Assembly: GCF_001194135.2 (NCBI RefSeq)
Contig: NC_068986.1
Location: forward strand, 113,352,312-113,395,496
Direction: 5' to 3'
DNA: 43,185 nucleotides
From: Octopus bimaculoides
Lineage: Eukaryota
Positions 35,257 through 43,185 of the stretch are shown one piece after another (the first letter of the stretch is position 1; every line of letters starts with the position of its first letter). The notes under the pieces are model-generated. The model saw nothing but the letters and a program-made list of their open reading frames with translations. It ran no database searches and was not told where the DNA came from. Made by a program: the position numbers and the translations under genes.

Positions 35257-35400
35257 GTACATACACATATACATGCGTCTTTCTCATTCTTTCTTTATGT
35301 ATACACACATTTACTCGTATGCACGTACATATACATATACATATACACACACAGATTCGGATACTCATTCCATGATACATACAATCATGCATACAAAATG
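34920..35400. repeat. AT/AC-rich low-complexity tract with an (AT)n core
   Basis: Directly visible; the 150-aa Y/I/H-rich ORF is an artefact. Confidence 0.8.
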
Positions 35401-36094
35401 CGTTTGAACTGCTTACACAAATAGTTACAAGCTCAAAATGGAAGCAGTCGAAGCACTTACGGTGTAACGTAACATTTAGATATTAGCCCTGATCTCGCAG
35501 TGACGAAAGACGAGTGTCAAGATTGGAAAGATGGATGACAAGACAGACCTGATCCACATCCAGTTGCAAAATTTCATCTCAGTATGAGCTGTCCATGGAA
35601 GCAAGAATATCGTGAAATTATCAATGTCCCACAAAATATTCATCCATATTTGCTTATGCATCCAAATGATGGAAACAAAACACTGTCGGAGAGATTATAT
35701 GGCACGAAAGAATAAAGAAGTGTTTTTACTTTTTTATTTTAAGCAACTCCTTTATCTCTGGCTCGGGATGCTCCTCCAGGAAACTAAACGTAGAAAGTTC
35801 ATCGTACACACACACACACACCCAAACACACACGCATGCACAAACACACACAACAAGCATACACACACGCACACGTACACCACATAGAGTATGCGACAGA
35901 AATGCCTCGACCTCTTGTTGTTTGCTTGTAAATTTAGGCAAGTGTAACCATAGTGGTTTGACCTGATGCACGCCAAGGGTTTGCTTTTCTAAGGTTTCTT
36001 AACCAGTTAAATTTGCGATTTATTTTGCATCATCTTGTATTTATATGTATGTGAGTTTATATGGTATTGCACGTCGTATGATCTAAGATATTAT

Positions 36095-36095
36095 G

Positions 36096-36146
<51 letters not shown>
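36095..36146. repeat. (CT)n-(AT)n microsatellite
   Basis: Directly visible. Confidence 0.9.
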
Positions 36147-36147
<1 letters not shown>

Positions 36148-36728
36148 CAATATAGAGTTACTTCATTGAATGAAACCATCTATATATTATGCGTTAATGA
36201 TTCAGGACAGCGACCGCCACATCATCTTTGCGCTGCAAATGTGATTTTATTATCACCCCGCCTCCATAAGACATCAAGATGCGCAATACTATAAAACTTG
36301 CATGTGAAATCTGTCTACTGAATGTCTGCAATGCAGTATACGATATGAAATGGCAGAGCAACGGGAAGAATCTATCAAATCTAATATAAATGCTGCCGTG
36401 ATACAGGTTGCGTTCCGCCGAGAAACTAATGACTCTAAATGAATGCCTTGCTTCAGAATTGTACCTCAACACTAAGACAAACGTTTCAGTTGCTGTATCC
36501 ACGAGTGTAACTCAAAACTCCGGACGTACCATGTTTGCCAAGCAAAAGGGCGGCACTTTCCGCCTACACACTGTATATGTTCTATTGAAACTTTCGAAGT
36601 GTATCTCTGGAATTTGAATTTCTCTTCTCCCCTATTCACGTCTCCCACCTTCCTATATCACTTCCTCTCACTTACTATCTCTTTCTTTCTTTGCATCTCC
36701 CCCAAACAACTTCGTCTCTCCTCTTCCA

Positions 36729-36775
<47 letters not shown>

Positions 36776-37149
36776 TAGCTCCCTCTCTTACTTTCTCTTT
36801 CTCACACCTGTTTTCCCTTTCTTTATGGTCATTCTTTTCTCTTCTTCCCATCTTTTACTTATTCGCATTCTCTATTTCACTCTCGATTAACTCACGTGCA
36901 ATAAAACTTGGGTGCCTTAAGCGTTAAGAGCGAATCTCTCTACGGGTGTGTTTTAGCGTGTGGCTATGTGTGTTTGTACACATATGTGTATATAAGTGCG
37001 TGCTTTTTCGAGTGAAATAAAGTTTACACAAGGAACTATGGACATGCCTCGTTGACAACCTATGTCTATTATTATTCAAGCAAGTTAATGTCTATGAGAG
37101 TGTGTCGGGTGCATTACAATTAACAATTTTGGTTTTGCGATCTCTGTAA

Positions 37150-37185
37150 ACACACACACACACACTCACAAACACACACACAAAC

Positions 37186-37232
<47 letters not shown>

Positions 37233-37338
37233 CATATATGTATATATATATATCCATACATGCGTACACACACAGACATATATACATACATTCATATATA
37301 CATATATATCTACGCACACACACACACACACACACACG

Positions 37339-37385
<47 letters not shown>
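37150..37385. repeat. (CA)n/(AT)n compound microsatellite
   Basis: Directly visible. Confidence 0.9.
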
Positions 37386-37869
37386 TACATAGGTAAATTA
37401 AGAAATGGAGTCAAACGCAGGTGTTATTCAAACCATTTACACTTCCAACATATATTCCAAAAGAAACATTGACATTATTCCGGAGGGAATAAAAATTATG
37501 TAAAACAATGCATTCATCTCGTCAGGGAATAAAAGAAACAAAACCCATAAAGAAGCCATTTTAACCTAAAGTGATTACCACGAACGTAAGGAGAACGCTA
37601 GCAAGTTATTTTTTCAAAAAGCGTTTAATAGATTTAATGCCAAAAGGTGAATAGAGAAAGAGAAGGTGAAGAAAGAAGGAAATTAACAGAAAATTAAGAG
37701 TGGAAAAATATGTGAGAGATGAATGGGGATAAAGTTTAAAAGCGTGGAAATAGATATATGGAGTGGAAATGAAATGTAAGGAAACAGTTAAAGGTGGTCA
37801 ATCTCCTTTATTAACCATATTGGATGGCTTGCTTTCTTCTTCGACAAATATAGACATTAATATAACTTC

Positions 37870-39560
37870 TAACGAAAACAACTTTTGAATTCAAAAAAAT
37901 TTAAAAACAATCCTCCACCTAACCCAAGATTGAAATTTTGAATAGGATCTCTGGACTATCGTGCAGAATATGAAATTCCATCGTTCACCCTTAAGAAATA
38001 GACATCTGAGGTATCTTCACAATATCACCGAAGACATTCGCAACATTAATGCGATGTACCTCCTGATCCTAAACAACCTCGTTTTATTTTAAGAGAACAC
38101 GAACCAATTTTTTTTAATAACCCAACCTTGCGACTTATTTGTCCTTCTAGCTCTTACATGGGTGTACTTAGTAAAAACATTCTAGATAAATATGTTCATT
38201 CTTTAGTTAAAAAATGTAATCTTAATTTATGGTCGAATTCGTTCCAAGTCGTTGACTGGTTTAATTCTATTAATAACAAGATCTGCACTAAGTTTATCCA
38301 GTTCAACATTTCTAGTTATTATTCGTCTATTAATCCAATTGTACATAACAAAGCATTCTGGTTTGCACACAACAAAGCGGGTCTCACACGGGATGAAATT
38401 AATGTGGTGTTGGCTGCCAGAAAATCAATCATTAAATTTGAAAATAAGTTCTGGGTTCGTAAAGATGGGCCTGATTGTTTTCACGTTACGATGGGAAGTT
38501 CAAACTCCGCACAAATGTCTGATTTGGTCGGTATCTATATCCTTTCTGAGATGACTGACCAATTCCCAAACATCAAGGGAGGGTTATATTGTGATAATTG
38601 TTTACATTACCTTCAAACTATTTCTAACCAAAAATTACAAATGGTTAAATATAAATGTGTTACATTTTGGGGAAACATGGGCTTCAACATTATTTTCGAT
38701 GATGATATAACTAAAGCCAACTTTTTAGACATTAACCTTAACTTATATAAAGATTCATATTTCCCATACCATAATTGAAATATTTATGAGCATTTGTAGT
38801 ACTCACTTGAAGACTATAACAAGAATCTTAGCTAAAAATATTTACTTAGAATTTCCTGACTATCTGCTAATGTTGATACCTTTAATGATAAAGCTGAATC
38901 TTATAACTCTGCCATACTTAAAGCAGGCTATAAAGAATAACATACGTATCTTAATTCTATTGACATTAATTCTGCCTCTATTAATCAAGAGATGAAAACA
39001 CATAAAAATGGTGATAACAATATAAATATTTGCGCGAATAATAACAATAAATCGAAAAATTTAATTTAATTTAATTATTTACCTTTTGTACGTAATGAAA
39101 ATAAGTCTGGGACTTTTAATGATAATTACCCAAATAACAGGATCGATTCTAGTAAAAAAAAATGGATGATCATTCTATTTGGTAAGCAGATCAAATTCAA
39201 CAACCTCCCTTATCAGTTCCGTGAATGCTATAGACAAGAATTTTCCAAACACCTAAAACCTTTCACAAATCATTTCTTAACACAACCATAAGTTATTAAA
39301 TATAGTTCCTCTTACTCATTGTTGAAGACTGCATTGCTAAGATTGACCCAGGAAAACACCTTTAAAAACGGAAATTAAGGACTAGGCAAGAGGAATAACA
39401 AGTTTCAAGACTCGTATACCTTGGCAAAAAGCACAAAATATGTGTTGGAAGAAGTATATATAATCTTTCGACAAAGAAAAGGACTTGTTATTGCAAACAT
39501 CAGAAAAAACCTGTAAAAGTGCTGAGAGGGAGAGACCGAAAATAAGAATGAATTATGATA
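37870..39560 (+). mobile_element. Decayed Penelope-like retroelement (RT followed by linker and remnant C-terminal GIY-YIG region)
   Basis: ORF 38128..38778 reads RLICPSSSYMGVLSKNILDK, FIQFNISSYYSSI (cf. FIQFDIVEFYPSI), ARKSIIKF, FHVTMGSSNSAQMSDLVGIYIL (cf. FDVTMGSYDGAEVCELVG), GGLYCDNCL (cf. GLYRDDGL) and NFLDINLNL..SYFPY. Downstream IDKNFPN-type linker and a degraded ..LEE.YII.. terminus. Catalytic aspartates are lost. Confidence 0.85.
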
Positions 39561-39981
39561 TTGAATGTCTGGGACTGTAAGACATGAGACAAAGATATTC
39601 CAGAGAAGCGACAAACAACTGTGAAAAGCTTCGAACACTGCGACGAGAAATGTTTAATGGAAAAAAATCGATCTGATATCGGAAAGCTACTATACTTTTG
39701 TATATAGATTTTTTGTCTCTGTTGCCGCACACGTTCGTTAGCTCTCTTACAAAGGGATCTAATGCTCTTATCTTGGACATTTTGGGCGGCAACAAAATCT
39801 AACCATCTCAAGTGTAACTGCCCGAAATGATCCTGACATCTGGTACTTGACTGATGAAAGAAAACCAAGAATGACCCGTTTTTTGGGGTTTTTTTGCCTA
39901 TCCTTCTAATTCTTGTTTCTCTTGTCTGCCTTTTCATCGTCTATCTGTCCGAACATTTTAATGTCCTCTATGGCGTTTATG

Positions 39982-40015
<34 letters not shown>

Positions 40016-41295
40016 NNNNNNNNNNNNNNNNNNNNNNNNNNNNNNNNNNNNNNNNNNNNNNNNNNNNNNNNNNNNNNNNNNNNNNNNNNNNNNNNNNNNN
40101 NNNNNNNNNNNNNNNNNNNNNNNNNNNNNNNNNNNNNNNNNNNNNNNNNNNNNNNNNNNNNNNNNNNNNNNNNNNNNNNNNNNNNNNNNNNNNNNNNNNN
40201 NNNNNNNNNNNNNNNNNNNNNNNNNNNNNNNNNNNNNNNNNNNNNNNNNNNNNNNNNNNNNNNNNNNNNNNNNNNNNNNNNNNNNNNNNNNNNNNNNNNN
40301 NNNNNNNNNNNNNNNNNNNNNNNNNNNNNNNNNNNNNNNNNNNNNNNNNNNNNNNNNNNNNNNNNNNNNNNNNNTATATATATATATATATATATATATG
40401 CTTGTCTCGTTTAAAATTCAATAAAATATTTATCGCTACCATTCACGCAGACCAACGATCTTTCAACATATTATCTATTTGATTTCTAAAATTCTAAATG
40501 TTAAATAAAACACACACACAATCTCATGTACATGTGTATATGTAAACACACATCCGCTCGCTTGCTCATGCACACCAACACGTCTTTTTCGTGTGATTGT
40601 TTGCATGTGTGTCTGCGTTGCTGCGTACGTAATTACATGTATGTGGCACACACACATACACACACACACATACACACACACACACACACATATACACACA
40701 TATATAAACCTCCCTTACAGTAGACATGTTAAACTATTTCTCGTTTCACTCTCTCGCGAACAACAATTTCAAGCTCTTATATAACCATTTCAGTTTTTTA
40801 TTGATCTCCGCTGCAGAATCATTAAATATCTATTATGATCGATTATGTGTAAATGTACTCGCTAACCTATACAAAATGGATCCTCTCGGTTTTGTTAAAT
40901 TCTTTCAAAAGTATGTGACAATTCTGTGTATGTATGTGATAATGGAATGCGGATTTCGTTATCAATAGTATTTATATATATATATATAGCCGAGTGTGCC
41001 AACGCTTCTGCCAGATATGTTGCACTCAGTTCTGACTCTACTGTATTAAATGGGATCGACAGAATCCATTATGCTGTCCCGTAACGTTGGCTGATCCACG
41101 ACCAATCTTAATATTAACAAAAAGACAACATAAGGTGACACATTTGATAAAGATAAGCATAAAATTATTAGACTGAGAAAATGCCTGGCATATTTTTCCG
41201 GTTAAAAAATGAAGTACAGAGCTTGATGTAATCGTCAAATCACTTCCACTAAATTTCTGGCGTTGATTCGCACGATTATATTAATAATTTTTTGA

Positions 41296-41476
41296 AGGGG
41301 AGAAGAGGAGAGAGTCGATTACCTTGACCCTAGTACTTGAATACTAGCCATTTTATCGATTGTGAGGGGGTGGAAGACAATGCGGACCTTCGACAGAATT
41401 TGAGCTCAGAAAGTTAGACGACCAAAATACCGCTATTCATCCTGGACTGCTATCGCTTCTGCAAGCTCGACGCCTT
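41296..41476 (-). mobile_element. SINE family A copy
   Basis: Reverse complement aaggcgtcgagcttgcagaagcgatagcagtccaggatgaatagcggtattttgg..ttctgagctcaaattctgtcgaaggtccgc..agtactagggtcaaggtaatcgact. Confidence 0.75.
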
Positions 41477-41502
41477 TACAATTAAAATACTGCTAATAAT
41501 AA

Positions 41503-41705
41503 TACCACGAACTGGCAGATTTGTTGTTCCGTCGAGCACTGTACTTAGTGGCATTTAAGATCTGCGTTTAAATGTCACTGAGGTCAACTTCGCTTTCCAT
41601 GTTTTCAAGGTCGATTAAATGAACACCAGTCAAGCACTGGGGTCGATGTAATAGATTACCCACTTCCATCAAGATTGATGGAATTGTGCCAACATTAGAA
41701 AGAAT
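41503..41705 (+). mobile_element. SINE family A copy, head-to-head with 41296-41476
   Basis: cgaactggcagatttgttg..cttagtggcattt..aaatgtcactgaggtcaacttcgctttccat..ggtcgattaaatgaacaccagtcaagcactggggtcgatgtaatagatt. Confidence 0.75.
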
Positions 41706-41920
41706 TATTATTTTTGTTCACATCTATGTCACGTCTTATCTCCATCCCGCAGCTTAGAGACGCAACACTTACCACAACTCACGAGCAACTCCGAGTAATG
41801 CTGCCAACTGAAGATGTCCTATCAAATTTGATATTGGCTATTGTTGTTGTTGTTGCTGTTGTTGATACTGTAATTTCTGTTGTTGTTGTTAACGCTATTT
41901 GTGCTGCTATTATTATTATC

Positions 41921-42040
41921 AATTCTGTCGAGGTCGACTTTACTTTCCATTCTTTCGCGTTCGATGAAGGAAGTACCAGTCATGTACTAGGGTCGATGTA
42001 ATCGAATTACCTGCTCTCCACAAATTTCAGTCCTTGTGAA
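41921..42040 (+). mobile_element. SINE family A 3' fragment
   Basis: aattctgtcgaggtcgactttactttccattctttcgcgttcgatgaaggaagtaccagtcatgtactagggtcgatgtaatcgaatt. Confidence 0.75.
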
Positions 42041-42053
42041 TATAAAACAAGGT

Positions 42054-42057
42054 ATTA

Positions 42058-42117
<60 letters not shown>
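42054..42117. repeat. (ATT)n microsatellite
   Basis: Directly visible. Confidence 0.95.
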
Positions 42118-42118
<1 letters not shown>

Positions 42119-42612
42119 TGAGTGCGAGAGCAGTGCATGCCATCAAAGCGACACTGGGGTAAAATATACGAAACCCTGTATACACATCTGATAGGGGTAC
42201 ACCAGGGACATGCATCACAACCATATGTGCGAGACATAATGATCTCATATCACGATAAACAGCGCATCACCCTGCAGCTGGGGTCCACTTAGAATTTTTT
42301 CAGGTCGTGTAGCCCATCCTACTCAAAATGTCTCTGAATAAGGTTTGTTTAAGGATGTTAAACGAAACAACCATGCTTCCAAATGTGAATTATCCAAACC
42401 CCAAAGGACTCCTCTCAAATCATAGCGATGATGCTCCCCCACTTCACTACTTCTGTTCGTAATCAGAGATGCAGATATCATCATCCACCGAAGGACATAC
42501 TCAACTGGTTAAAGTCAAATAACTAGCAGGAAAATCTTTAGTAATGTGCAGAATATTTGTTGTAGACCATCTTTTATACCAAGCCAAGACGTAAGACATA
42601 ACACTTCCAATC

Positions 42613-42615
<3 letters not shown>
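42118..42615 (-). mobile_element. ~500-bp non-coding retroposon segment with a probable (TAA)n 3' tail
   Basis: Complex non-coding segment whose minus-strand end ..gcatgcactgctctcgcactcag runs directly into taataataa. It resembles a common octopus interspersed repeat as recalled, not verified. Confidence 0.45.
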
Positions 42616-42672
<57 letters not shown>

Positions 42673-42686
42673 CAACAACAACAATA

Positions 42687-42726
<40 letters not shown>

Positions 42727-42830
42727 TATTGTTATTATTAATATTATTATTATTAGTAGTAGTAGCAGTAGTTGTAGTTGTAGTAGCAGCAGCGGCAGCA
42801 GCAGTGGTAGTAGTAGTAGTAGTAAAACAT
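42616..42830. repeat. Compound trinucleotide array (AAT)n-(AAC)n-(AAT/ATT)n-(AGT)n-(AGC)n-(GGT/AGT)n
   Basis: Directly visible. Confidence 0.95.
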
Positions 42831-43185
42831 TTAAACACCTTACTAGTTGATGCAGCTATGCAGGTGTACCTATTAAAAGCGACTTCACCTTGCAAATTAT
42901 ATTATTTGCTAAACTAAAATCAAAAACCAATTAGTCCAGGAAAAGAGATGGTAAAAGTGTTTACTTTTCATTTCGTTCCTTTTCGGGATTTTATCCCAAT
43001 TTTTGTGGTTCTAAAACCTAGCTGTTCTTTCTAGCGTAAGGAATCCCATGAGTGGATTCTTCTTATGTGTTTAAATATACACTGTACCTTATGAGCAATT
43101 CATAGTCTTTGAACTAAACTTTTATAACCTATTTCACTTTGATATGATTAAGTATATATATGTATGTATATATATATATATATAT

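Noticed and set aside
39851-39880. CTGATGA followed by GAAA downstream of the Penelope-like element
   Set aside because: Only two bases separate the core motifs (no stem II) and no NUH or stem I pairing is evident; likewise the reverse-strand CTGATGA hits near 7300 and 33710.
39500-39937. 145-aa minus-strand ORF
   Set aside because: Partly antisense to the PLE 3' region, starts next to (AT)n, and has no recognisable motif or splice context.
1-43185. CRISPR arrays, rRNA, operons or other prokaryotic systems
   Set aside because: No regularly spaced repeat-spacer structure, no rRNA-like sequence and no gene-dense region; the window is eukaryotic repeat-rich DNA.

Overview
AT-rich, repeat-dominated animal genomic DNA from a gapped draft assembly, with nine N-runs that mostly sit inside (AT)n arrays. 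The SINE families and the dense AT/GT/TAA microsatellites look like an octopod cephalopod (Octopus-like); this is inference from recalled repeat consensus, not a database result. No recognisable host protein-coding gene or RNA gene was found, and almost all ORFs in the supplied track are microsatellite or N-run artefacts. The best-supported elements are a full-length dead hAT (Buster/Charlie-type) transposon with TIRs and a perfect 8-bp TSD (8905-11579), an R4/Dong-type LINE 3' part ending in a (TAA)n array, a CR1-type LINE 3' end, and a Penelope-like RT/GIY-YIG relic. Also present are mariner relics including a fold-back pair, a palindromic TA-flanked MITE, about nine copies of one SINE family and two tRNA-derived SINEs. 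The most intriguing leads are (i) GT-AG-bounded + strand segments spread over about 20 kb that join in frame into a 143-aa orphan ORF, (ii) three degenerate minimal hammerhead-ribozyme motifs, (iii) several long hairpins, and (iv) a 158-bp exact duplication across an assembly gap. All assignments were made by eye.
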